A program made the translations under genes and the position numbers. Below, piece after piece: positions 51,815 through 63,849 of a stretch of 64,000 nucleotides of DNA (within the stretch, counting starts at the first letter, position 1; the number at the start of each line of letters is the position of its first letter). This DNA is from Scyliorhinus canicula (Eukaryota). The stretch is from contig NC_052159.1 in NCBI RefSeq assembly GCF_902713615.1, positions 103,407,877-103,471,876 of the forward strand, written 5' to 3'. The notes under the pieces are model-generated. The model was not told the DNA's origin and ran no database searches. It was given only the letters and a program-made list of their open reading frames with translations.

Positions 51815-52545
51815 GTGTGTGTGTCGTGGGGGATGGGTAAAGAGACAGCGAGTGTGTGCGAGGGGTGGGGATAGAGAGAAGATGTGGGAGGGTTGGGGAA
51901 AAGAGATAGAGTGTGTGCGAGGGGTGGGGATAGAGAGAAGATGTGGGAGGGTTGGGGAAAAGAGATAGAGTGTGTGCGAGGGGTTCGAGAAGAAATAGAG
52001 TGTGTGGGAGGGGTGGGGGGAAGAGAGTGTGTGCGAGGGGTGGGGATAGAGAGAAGATGTGGGAGGGTTGGGGGAAATGAGATAGAGTGTGTGCAAGGGG
52101 TTCGAGAAGAAATAGAGTGTGTGGGAGGGGTGGGGGGGAAGAGAGAGAGAGTGTGTGTAAAGGGTGGGGGAAGAGAAAGAGTGTGTGCGAGGGTGGGGAT
52201 AAAGAGTAGATGTGGGAGGATTGGGGGAAAAGCGAGAGAGAGAGTGTGAGGGATGGGGGAAGAGAGAGAGTGTGTGTGAGGGATGGGGGGAAGAGAGAGA
52301 GTGTGTGCGAAGGGTGGGGGGAAGAGAGTGTGTGTGAAGGGTGGGGGGAAGAGAGAGAGTGTGTGTGCGAGGGGTGCGGGAAGAGAGAGAGAGTGTGTGC
52401 GAGGGGTGGGGGGAGAGAGAGTGTGTATGAGAGATGGGGAAGAGAGAGTGTGTACGAGAGGTGGGGGAAGAGAGAGACTGTGCGAGGGGTGGGGGAAAGA
52501 GAGAGATAGTGTGCAAGGAGAAGAGAGAGAGAGAGTATGGGAGGG
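51815..52545. repeat. Purine/GT-rich minisatellite
   Basis: Diverged units of about 29/59 bp, GAGTGTGTGCGAGGGGTGGGG(A/G)AGAGA. Confidence 0.9.
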
Positions 52546-53279
52546 ATAGGCTTCAGCCTTCAGATCTCAGGGTGGAGCACGGTGGGGGGTGGGGTCCTGA
52601 AAAGGAAGCTAAAAACTAGGCCCCATGAGCTATGACAAAGAGATAGGGTTTGGGAACATCATAAAGCAGGTTGAGATGTTTACTGAGAGAATTTCAGAGT
52701 TCATGTGCTAGGCAGTTGCAGGCAATGTCCTCGGTGGTGGAACAATAATGATTGGGATGCTAAGGAGGCCTGAATTGGGGGAATGGGGAGACCTCGTGGT
52801 TCAAGGAGTTTACAGAGATAGAGAAGGGTAAAGATTTGAAAAGAAGCATGCAGATGTTTGTATGAAAATGTCCAGTAGGACTGTTAAATGTTATTACAGT
52901 ATGATTGATTTACACCAATGCAGATATTACAAACTCTTCCACATAAATGTACAAATCATATTGGTGAAACATAATGTGGGTTCTTCAGATGAAGATAAGA
53001 CTATGTCCGGATAGATTTACTAGGAAATTAAATATAATACATTTAGTCTGTACCCTGCTGCTTGCTGACTGCATACAAGTTCAGGGATTAGTGCATCAAA
53101 CCCTGTAAAGATGATAATGAATTTAAATATGCTTCCTTAAAGTTATATGCACATCACATCACAACATCCTCTTTTTCTGAACTAGATTTACCCTTAAAGA
53201 ATCAAGCTATTTAGATGAAAATGGGAGAAAATAACATTGTGTATGAATGTACCTTAACACAGAGCAATAAATTTACAAG

Positions 53280-54700
53280 TCTCTGAAATATTTTGGCTGC
53301 TTATTTACCTGTCCAGATTCAGTTGTGTCTGCTGGAGGCTGCTGTATGTTTTCAGAATACAAGTTAGGCCTGCTTTGTTTGTGTTGCATCTTAGACTGTG
53401 GGTCTGTGCGCAATAGGACTGCTTAGTGTTTGTGGCTGTGGTATTGTTCTGGTTTGGCATCAGTTTTGTTGCACGGTCATGCTGTTTGGTGTTCGTACTT
53501 GGTACGATCTTGGTTCTGGGTATATGCTGATGATTTCTGATGAATTCCAGGCTCCATCAGATGGGTGTTGTACTCTAAATTTCTGCCCGATGTTCAGGTT
53601 ATGTAATTCATTACTCACATCCAGTTGTGTGAACCCGTTCACCTTCCCTATTTTTCAATCAGGTCATCGCGCACTCTTGGGAGTATTGGCAAGTGATGGC
53701 TGAAGAGGTTTACCTTCACTTTTCTGCAAAAAGCAATCCCTCATTCATTCCACAGTGCACTGCAATGCGCATGTTTGGAATGGGTGTATCTACTGGGTTA
53801 AAGTTCACAGTGGGCAGTCAGTGGCGCATGCAGCTGCATGGCTACCTTGCCTGCTGCGGCATTAATGATCCATGCCCGTCCACCCCAATCCCACAGCCCA
53901 CCTCGTGGCCGCCTCCCGTTACTCCCCCTGGCACTGGCAGAAGCCCACCCCTGGCCAGCAGCACAACTGTTAGCAAACTATGGTGATGTTGGACACTTTC
54001 TGTATCCCCACTCTCTATCAGCAGCCACAATGTCTGTTTCACCATTTTTAAGAACACAAGTGAACAGTGCCTTCGGGAACTTGGCCCATCGGAGGTGGAA
54101 CATCGCGGAGGCCCTGGGAATACTGGGTTGGGCCCGGTAAAGGGTATTTGCTGTACGTGTGTTCTGGACCGCATTGACGCCACTGTCGAGGTGACGGAGA
54201 ATTGTGATTTATTGTTAAATTGGTGCCGACCACGATTTAATCGTCGGAACCTATTCTCACCCAATCGCGTTTTGCGATTTCTGCGTCAGCCAACGGAGAA
54301 TCCCGCTCAGGGTCTCTCATTTACTTATGAATTGGTCAATAGCTTCTGCCGGTTGTTGCCTAAAAGACATTCTAGCCGGTGTATTCTGAAGTTGTGCTTC
54401 AGTGATAATTGACCATTTTGGGTGTTGACCGTACTTTTTCTGGATTTTTCAGATGATCGTCAGAAAGACCTGATATGCTCAGTCTGTGGAGGGCTTCCTT
54501 GTCGATAGAATTTTTTTGAAGGCTTTTAAAATCTGGTTCAGGGTTAGTGAGGCCCAGAGAACACAGCTTGATGCAATGTTGGGACAAAGGTGAATTCAGC
54601 CAGAAGGTCTGCAGCCTTCCAATTCAGTGTTTGAAATTTTGTTGTCACCGTTTCATTTTCTGTAGGATTTTAATGTTATCTGGAGCTTTTGACAACTAGC
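53280..54700 (-). pseudogene. Old Gypsy internal remnant (gag N-terminus fused to integrase C-terminus)
   Basis: gag-like DKEALHRL..LKNPEKV, HNFRIHRLE, FRQQPAEAIDQFISK. Integrase tail LNIGQKFRVQ..W....I....EPRSYQVRT. Confidence 0.65.
53818..54308. mobile_element. Harbinger-type element fragment nested in the Gypsy remnant
   Basis: Ends in TIR GGAGAATCCCGCTC. Homologous to the 20701-21400 segment. Confidence 0.75.
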
Positions 54701-55616
54701 ACGTTTATTAAAACTCTTTTAGACTAAATTTGGCTGAGGTGCAGCATTTTTAGCAGCCACTGCCTTAGCTGATATTAGATTATTGCTTGATTGGTGGTGC
54801 TGTTGAGCTCTCTGATTTTTCCTGGTTTTAGCTCGTAGCTCCACCCACAAAGCTGTAAGTTAGGTGACAGAATGGCAGCAGACTTCAAAAGTGAAAACAA
54901 ACAGTGAAAAAGAATTTTACAGGATTCTTCTGGCTATTTGTAGATTGATCATTCTTCCTAGCTCAGTCTGCAGTACTTTAATTTCCCAGAAGTAGCAATA
55001 ATGGGCACTCTCCCTGTCTATGAGTTCTGCTTACAGCGAGACCTCCAAACATGGTTGTTTAATTTCTGCTCTGCGTCAACTTCGCAGCAGATAAACATTC
55101 ACTATTTACCCTAATCCGCATACAAACAATCCTACCAGGACCTCATGGCTGCTGGCTGGAGTGAGGTGCAAGCGCAGAATGGAGGTATAGTATGTAGAGT
55201 TCCAACAAAGCTGGAGAATCCTTACACAAGGACTGGTGAAACAAAGTGTGTTCTTTATTTGAAGATAAACTATATACGATAGCACACACTGAAAAACTGA
55301 GGCACATGTTTGACCACTGCTGTTTCAGACAACTCCAAATCATGGAATTAAGACATCATAACCTGTCCAGGTGGTACTGATTAACATTAGTTTAAGATCC
55401 ATCCCCTTCAGGTACATTCACATCATTATCAGAACAACAGAGTGAATAGCATTGCCATGGAGATGTGCAGTAGAGCCGCTGAGGGATCAAGTGTAGTAAA
55501 CTGTTCTACCGAGAACATTGGAACTGATGCTATGGGGACCTTGGACACCAAGTTGTAAGAATTTTATGCCACTAGAAAAAAAGAGAGGGTTGCCTGCCAC
55601 CAGTGACCACTCATTG

Positions 55617-55831
55617 TGTGATAAGTTCATGGACGTTTTGCCAGAATTCCTTTTATTTACAAAACCAATAGCAGAACAACCAGGTGCATTCAGCTTGCTG
55701 TCTATACTGGGAGCACAGAGGATCTGACACTTCCTGTTATATACAGAGAAAGGGGTTCCCTGATTGGGCCACTAATCAGGGAACTCATATTCTAATTGGC
55801 CAATTTCAAAGGACTGGCCTAAGTCATTACA
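55617..55831 (-). mobile_element. Short solo LTR
   Basis: TGTGAT...ATTACA ends, minus-strand TATATAA and AATAAA. TSD not clear. Confidence 0.55.
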
Positions 55832-57032
55832 GTGGCTGTACCTTCTCCTTTATAACCACACCATTGTAAGGATGGAGCAGGTCTGAGAGTAGGCAATAGT
55901 TACCAGACACTCATCGACTGCATGTCTCTGCAGTTCTTGTAGGGACATTTAAGCTCCTATACCCAAAAGAAAACACTTGCAACCACTCCAGGAGGCTGCT
56001 AACATCCTACCTCTACTGATACCACAGTTGCTCCTGTCGCTCAGGAACCTCTTTGACCCATTTTCACCAAACACATCCTATGCAGCCACCAAGGGACCAC
56101 AGTTACGAGGATCAGATTATTTGAATGTGCCATATTCATAATGTAAAACTTTATTTTCTCTTTTGGCTAGTTCAGCGCAATGGGGAGGGTATGAAACAAT
56201 AAAGCAGCAGTTAATCTCAGTGATAAGGCAGCCCACCATGAGTCCTGCGAGTGTGGAATTGTGTGTGATATAAGACACTGCTGCAGAATGGTAGGGGAAT
56301 AGTTCTCTATTACAAGCAGTCATTCTCAATCCACTTTTCAGACTGCTGAAACATCCATTTCATCCTCATTTATTGTGCCTGCCTTCGCCATGTGTTATGG
56401 CAGACCTTTTGCTTTTCACAAACTTATCATATCTTTACATGCTTAATATTCTTTTAGTGGCACAATTGTATAATATGCAGCAGATAGAATGACTTTATAC
56501 ACCAGTGATTAACTGTTAAGCAGCACCCTCATCGAATAACCCAGGCAAGGGAATAATGGCATAGCACACCAATTATGTGCTCCAAAGTCATTAATGCTGT
56601 GGCTTGGGTTTCAATCGTATTTATGTTCTGCTGCTTCTGTGGCGATGTGTATGTTAGGGCAGGAACTACACAAAAGGAAGCCAGACTCTCCCAGGAGTGA
56701 ACCTGAGAATCTTACAACACACAAAGAAAACAAAGGAACAGGAATGGGTCTTTCAGGTCCTTGAACCTGTTATGTCATTCAATCATGGCTAATTTGCCAT
56801 TTTAACTCCACTGGCCTGCAGTGACCATACTGAACAGAAATCTCAATATCATGGTTTGAAATTTTCAACTGACATCACCTCAACAGCTTTTTGGGTGGGA
56901 CAGATCTAGATTTTCCGCTAAAAGGAAACCATTTGGCCCATTTTGCCACTGCCACCTTACATTGTGTAACTTTATCAAAATGTCTTTCCCCTTGCACTAT
57001 ATGCAGTATATGGAGGCTTCAACTCTATTCAC

Positions 57033-57692
57033 AGGTTTGCTGATGACACGACCATAATGGGTCGGATCTCGAACAACGATGAGTCAGAATACAGGAGGGA
57101 GATAGAGAACCTAGTGGAGTGGTGGAACAAGAACAATCTCTCCCTCAATGTCAACAAAACGGTCAGAGACTTCAGGAAGCCAAGTATTGTACACACCCCT
57201 GTCTGCATCAATGGTGCCAGGGTGGAGATGGTTGACAGCTTCACATCACCAACAATCTGTCCTGGTCATCACGGGAACTTGTCTCCCATCCATTGACTCT
57301 GTCTACACCTCCCTCTGCCTTGGGAAAGTGGATAGCATATCAAAGACTCCTCCCACCTGGGCTATTCTCTCTTCCAACCTCTTCCATTGGGCAGGAGTTA
57401 CAAAAGTCTGAGAACATGCACCAACAGATTCAAAAACAGCTTCTTCCCTGCTGTCACCAGAATCCTGAATAACCCTCTTATGAACTGAACTGATCTCTCT
57501 ACACATCTTCTCTACTGATTAGTACTACACCCTGTATACTTCACCCAATGCCTGTGTCTATGTATTTACATTGTGTGTCTATCATACGTCCTATGTTTTT
57601 TTCATTTATGGAACGACCTGTCTAGACTGTACGTAGAACAATACTTTTCACTGTACCTTGGTACACGTGGCTATAAACCCAAATCCAAATCC
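57033..57692 (+). mobile_element. Rex1/Babar LINE fragment, decayed
   Basis: [26 protein letters not shown], with a 3' UTR homologous to 12765-13957. Confidence 0.88.
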
Positions 57693-58010
57693 TTATTTAT
57701 AAAATTCAAAGTATATTTAATCTTATTTTTCTATATTTCCACTCCCCCTTTCAGGGAATTTTGTAATAAATCTTAGGACTCACCGTTCACCTGTACTCTT
57801 CAACATCTGTGACTCATTAAATACTCATAATCCTTATTTTTCTTCCCAGAATGTAGCACCTCCGTATTAAAATGCCCACAAGAAAGGTTGGCATCAATGC
57901 TTATTAATACTAGCTGAAAAAAGAATGAAGAAAGTAAACAATAAAGAAAATATACTTTGATAGCTTGACATTTCAGAGATCCACAACATTGAATCAGTCC
58001 ATTAAATAAG

Positions 58011-59000
58011 AACAGAATCACAGAATAACACAGCAGAGTAGAAGCCCATTGGCCCATCGAGTCTACACCGATGCATGAAAAACACCTGACCTGCCTAATC
58101 CCATTTGCCATCACTTGGCCAATAGCCTTGAATATTATGACATGCCAGGTGCTCATCAAGGTACTTTGTTAAGAATACAAGGAAACCCACCTCTACCCCC
58201 CTCCCAGGCAGTACACAGAATAAGCAGACAGTGGGAAGATATTCTGTATTTGGAATCTCAAATTGTGCAAATGCATAGAGTCATGGAGGTTTTTTTTTCC
58301 TTTTAAATTTTTTTTAGAGTACCCAATTCATTTTTTCCAATTAAGGGGCAATTTAGCGTGGCCTAGCTTGCACATCTTTTGGGTTGTGGGGGCGAAACCC
58401 ACGCAACCACGGGGAGAATGTGGAAACTCCACACAGACAGTGACCCAGAGCTGGGATCGAACCTGGGACCTCGGCGCCGTGAGGCTTCAGGGTGAACCCA
58501 CTGCGCCACCGTGCTGCCCAGGTTTTTTTTAACAGCACCAAAAGCTGTACTTGTCCACGCTGGCCATCAAGCACCTATCTATTCAAATCCATTTTCCAGC
58601 ACTTGTTCCGTGGCCTCAGATGTTATGGCATTTCCAGTGTTCATCTAACTGTTTTTTAAATGTTGTGAGGCTCCCTACTCTTTCAGGCAGTGAGTTCCAG
58701 ATTCCCACCACCCTCGAGGTGAAAAAAACCTTTCCTCAAATCCGCTCGAAATCTCTTGCCCCTTACCTCAAATCTGTGCCCCCCTGGTTATTAACTTCTC
58801 AATGAAGGGGAAATGTTTCTTCCTATCTACCCTGTCCATATCCTTCATAATTTTATACACCTCAATCAAGTTGCCCCTCAGCCTTCTCTGCTCCAAGGAG
58901 AATTAACCCCAACCTAACCAGCCTCTTATAGCTGAAATACTCCAACCCAGACAACATCCCGGTGAATCTTCTCTGGTGCAATCACTTCCTTCCCATAATG
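58011..59000 (-). mobile_element. CR1 LINE 3' fragments (old)
   Basis: CR1 tail (ACAGAAT)n..GCCCATTGGCCCATCGAGTC and decayed RT C-terminus, interrupted by a SINE. Confidence 0.65.
58299..58519 (-). mobile_element. Short V-SINE with A-rich tail and long TSD
   Basis: AGGTTTTTTTT on both sides (58287-58297, 58520-58530). Confidence 0.85.
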
Positions 59001-59499
59001 GTTTTATAAATAATGAGAAGCAGGCTTTCTTTAAGAACCAAAATCTAAAAACAATTTCATGGGGAATCTGAGTTTTCCTGATTGCATTAGAGATTACCTT
59101 TTTTTGCTGTGGTGTTTGTGTCTTTTATTATTTAATACTTAGCTTACCAATTCCTAAAATAACTTGCATCTACAATACGAAAACTCAGCAGCAGTGTTAT
59201 GAGACATGTAACAGTCAGTATTTTTGTTGTATGTTTGAGTTTGGGGAATGAAATGATTAGTTGGCAGTGAAGTTGTCCGAAATAACTTTGTGTATCCTTG
59301 ATGTTTTTCAATGGATAAAGATGATTGAATGGGATTCATCAGTTCTAAATGCAGCACCATTTAGGGGACAATTGCACATTCAAACCAACAAAAATGATCA
59401 AAAGACACAGTTTGGTTCCTTGAACATGATTTTTTACAAATTCTCCAGCTTCAGTAAAGTAGAAACTAACTTTGTATAATATATAGCTTCATTTTCAAA

Positions 59500-61200
59500 A
59501 GCAAAACTGGCAATTTTTAATGCAGAGACAGAAACCACAAACATTACATTACGAATTTTCTCATATCCACGGCATTTGAGCTTTACAGATTCTTTATTCA
59601 CTTAGTATGTATTACGAGCCCTTGTCCCCGCAATTCAAACAGCACGGTTCAGACTTGATTCCTGAACGACAGCCACGCTGCCTGATGATCAGAGATCTCG
59701 GACACTCTCATTCTCTTTGGTAACCAGCTGTATCCCCGGCTTCCCTGCACACATTCTATTCACACGGGGAGAAGGGAGCATCAGAACACATCCACCTCTA
59801 GTCAAAGGAAGGTAAAGCCACGCATAACGCCATCAATTACAATTCATTAGTGCAGGAGGGGCTGTCCATTAGACTGTTAAGCGGGCACAGATGCTTTTGT
59901 TATGAGAATGACACTGGTAATTGGACAGGCACAGCACTCAGAGCTTCACAGCCGTTTTCTCTTTTACAAAGATAAGATCGGCCTGTTTACGCTTAAGGAG
60001 TTTGTCATATTTCTAATTGCAAAGAGATGACTCTTATTGTGGTAGGCGAGCCTGAATTTAAATTGTGACAAGATGGTCCAGTCCCTTGTTTTCCCCACAG
60101 TGCAATAACACAGGGCCATGGCTGTTGACTGAGCCCTGCAGCACAAGGCGGGATCGTGGACTGCAATGTACATAATAAAGTCTAAGTTAATTTCCAATGC
60201 ATTAGCAGCTTTAATATCACGACCAACCTTGGGTGCTGGCCTGTAAAATCTTGTCTCCCCCCCCCCCCTATATTTTCCGCAGTCCATTTCCATAACGCGA
60301 GAGCAGACTGTCCTGTCATATCATTCATTTATATTAGTGATTCTCCATACGAGAGACCTTCACATGTCATTGAAGTATTTTTTTTTGTTGCTGGTGCGTG
60401 CGTGGACTTAACATAAAATGATGTTCCCGCAGGAAATCAAGGAGATTGAAAGCAGCTTGGATCAAACAGGTTCACTTAAAAAAACAGTTGGTCTGCGATT
60501 TCTGAATGCATATGTTTGCCATCGAAAGGAAGATTTAACAAAGTGCCCATTTGTAAATAAATGTTCAGGGTCTCGATTGAATTGATTGTGTTTTATTTTA
60601 CATTGAAATGGCACAATTAATAATATGTTGGCTGATCTCCCGTGGCACTGTCTGGTGACAAAAAAATAATGTTTTTTGCAGGAAGCGCTTTGGGATGGCA
60701 CCCCCCATACCCCACAAGGAGTCTTGTTAAATAGAGGCGCCAGTCACAAAATTATTGTCTTAGCCATGTAGCCCCCAATCCCATTCCCCGGTGTCTGTCT
60801 CTCTCTCTCTCTCTCTACAAGCCGTGCCTCCATCAAGCACTGGGCATAGAGCGTCGCAAAATCACCCCATGGGGTGTGGGGACAACACATTTACCGCCCA
60901 GTGACCTCCCCCCCCCCCCCCCCCTCTCTAAGACGGCGATGCAGCTTTCCCAAATGTTGTACCTGGTTAACATTAGAACATTTTTATTTCCAACAAGTGA
61001 CCGATGTTTCTTGTGAGGTGAAATACGTTTCTGGAAATTTCTGTTGAAATTGATCACCTTAAATCAAACATTCAAGATTAGGAGGGCAGATCTCATTACT
61101 TTTAACAACGGAAGTACTTCACTCATGAATTTAACCAGTTTTTGTAATCATCTTTGACAAACAAATTCCAAAGCATTTTCCAAAATGTGACCTCATAAAA
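59500..61200. promoter_or_regulatory. Candidate conserved non-coding element / enhancer block
   Basis: About 1.7 kb with no recognisable TE, dense in TAAT/ATTA, TGTTTAC, TGACA, GATAAG and ATTGT motifs, with retained CpGs. Conservation not tested. Confidence 0.4.
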
Positions 61201-61472
61201 CGAAGACTAATAAAATCCAATATGTATTCTGCACTGTCAATTCTATGATTCTATGATATTGGTTGATGAATTAAAGTTGTATCTCATTCAGAGGCTGCTG
61301 TTAACTCCATTAAAATGACTTTGCCCCTGAAGTTGTTTTCTTTTGGCCAGGTCTGTGGTGAATGTGGTCTGTGTGTGAATGTGACTTGATATGTGGAGGG
61401 TGTGTGCGTTGGCAGGGATATCATGAAATATAATTGTGCCTGTCACATATTCACCACTTGCAAATGGCAGAT

Positions 61473-61795
61473 GGGTGGCACAGTGGTTAGCGCTGTTGCC
61501 TCAGTGCCAGGGACCCGGACTCAATTCTGGTCTTGGGTGACTGGCGGTGTGGAGTTTGCACTTTCTCCTTGTGTCTGCATGGGTTTGCTCAGGTTTCCTT
61601 GCACAGTCCAAAGGTGTGCAGGTTCGGTGGATTGGCCATGCTGAATTGCCCCTTCATGTCCAAAGATTCACAAATTAGGTGGGATTGTGGGGATAGGGCG
61701 GGGGAATGGGCCGAGGTGGGATTTTCTTTTGGAAGGTTGTGCCGACCCAATGGGCTGAATAGCCTCCTGCACTGTAGGAATTCTATGGTTCTATG
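61473..61795 (+). mobile_element. V-SINE, older copy
   Basis: tRNA head, decayed core, tail CTGTAGGAATTCTATGGTTCTATG. Confidence 0.85.
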
Positions 61796-62049
61796 TCACT
61801 CCTGCTCTGCTCCTGTACAGAACTGAGCAGGGACAGAGAGGAAAATCCCAAGAAACTGGTCTCAAATCACACTTGAGTATCAGACTAGTAACATATTGCA
61901 ATGAGGGACACTAGATCAAGGTTCCACCTCACTGTTTTCCCGCACCTTGTGCAGGGAGGTGCCAATCACAGGGAAGATAGGGGAGAGGGGGTGCTATTGA
62001 AGAATGACTTGGCACTGGGCTACGTCTGTTCACTTTCTGGAAGCTAAAT

Positions 62050-62245
62050 GCAGCATCAGTAATTTGTTGGGAATACACAGCAGGTCTGCTTAGGCTGGGG
62101 GGAGAATAAATAAGGATCTTTCAGTCCTAGGAGGACTATACCTGAAGCATTAAACTCCTCTCTTCTCTCCATGAGTGTGAACTGACCTGCTGTGTATTTC
62201 TAGAAACGTCTGCATTTTGTTTTTCAGATTTCAAGCACCTGCTTT
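62050..62245. repeat. Palindromic Penelope-like terminal remnant
   Basis: Perfect 15-bp inverted repeat AATACACAGCAGGTC (62072-62086) / GACCTGCTGTGTATT (62184-62198). Right arm is similar to 29470-29541. Confidence 0.55.
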
Positions 62246-63337
62246 TTTTTCATACGTTCTGCTGGTTTCTCAGGGGAGATGCCAGTAATCAGCAAAAATA
62301 ATCAATCGTAAAAACAGGACATTGCCTCTTCTGGTTATGGGCTAATCAGTGGGAAATCTCCCTTCACACTGGCGAACATTTCACAGCAGCACATGCAGAA
62401 CAGAGGCTACTGTGGCTCTTCTCATGCATTGACACAAATTATTAACACTCAGCTTTTTATCTCACGTTTTACCAATGCTTTTCTAAATTCCCTTTGTGGA
62501 ACAGTAGGAGCCTCAGAGTAGGACCAACCCCATACGGGCTGCGCATTATTGTTTTCTGTTGACACCATACCAACCCTGTTCTCATCTCAGTTTTTCACCA
62601 ATAACAACAAAACCAAAAGTGTCGATCTCCCTCCACGCTGCCCGCCTATGTTTCAGAAAAATAATATGATCGAGCACTAAAAAAAAGCATACCAATTAAA
62701 ATTTGCACAGAGGGAAGGGAGATGGAATTTTGATCAATAAGTGCAGGTGAAATCCTTGAAAAGTGGTGCTGGGTTGGGAATCATCTTTCTGACTTCTGGA
62801 TTTGATCTGGTTAGGTTTAGAGGTCAGCGGGAAGCTCAATGATTGCCCCCCAAACCCACCGTGTAGCTGTTGAAAAACTAATTAAAAATGCAAAGAGCTA
62901 ATTAAGTGTGACTTTAAACCTGCATTCTAGCTTGAACACCCAGTTCACGGGTTCTACAATCTCTCTGCATCTCGCCAGGGTACAAGAGGCAAGTGCAGAG
63001 TGGAGCGATAGCTTAATGAGGCTGGGAAGGCTTTCGAGAATAAAATCCGAAGCTTGTGTTCACCACAGTGAAAGGCTTGTGCTGACAGCCAAAGTTCTGA
63101 CAACCTGCAACCTGAGGATCAATTGCACCTTTTTGGACTAACTTTCAAGTGCCTTGCAGTCTACTCTCTCGCATCTTAACTTCCTGGCTGGCAGCCTTCA
63201 ATGCAGCATGAGAGCGGTGTATTCAGCATTAGCCCAGAGCTCTGAGGAGGAGAAGGAGGAATAAGAACAGCCACAACTGCAGCACCAGGAACAGCGATAA
63301 CAAGGACAACTGCAACACCAGCAGCAGCCACATGCAG

Positions 63338-63713
63338 GGGCTGGTTTAGCTCAGTAGTCTAGACAACTGGTTTTTGATGCAGAACAAGGCCAGCAGTGTG
63401 GGTTCAATTCCCATACGAGCTGTGAATTCTCCTTCCGTGTACCCGAACAGGCTCTGGAATGTGGTGACTAGGGGCTTTTCGCAGTAACTTTATTGCAGTG
63501 TTAATGTAAGCCTACTTGTGACAATAAAAGATTATTAGGGGCTGGTTTAGCACAGTGGGCTAAACAGCTGACCTGTAATGCAGAACAATGCCGCAGCGCG
63601 GGTTCAATTTCCATACCGGCCTCGAGGAACAGGAGTCGGAATGTGGTGACTGGGGGCTTTTCACAGTAACTTCATTGAAGCCTACTTGTGACAATGAAGT
63701 GATTATTATTATT
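63338..63713 (+). mobile_element. Tandem pair of short tRNA-derived SINEs
   Basis: Monomers 63338-63537 and 63538-63713, each GGGCTGGTTTAGC..GGTTCAATT..AAGCCTACTTGTGACAAT..(ATT)n. Confidence 0.85.
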
Positions 63714-63849
63714 ATGCTCTTTCACAGGATAAAAGGGATTGACAGAAAATTCCCGTCTTGAAGGAGGTGATATCCTAGCATAGTGTATATTGGTCGTGAA
63801 TGGGTTCCCTCAGCGTGACAGAGTGACCATGATTCAGGAGGCTTTTAGG

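Noticed and set aside
51815-52545. CRISPR-like array
   Set aside because: Eukaryotic context, degenerate tandem units, no unique spacers, no cas genes.
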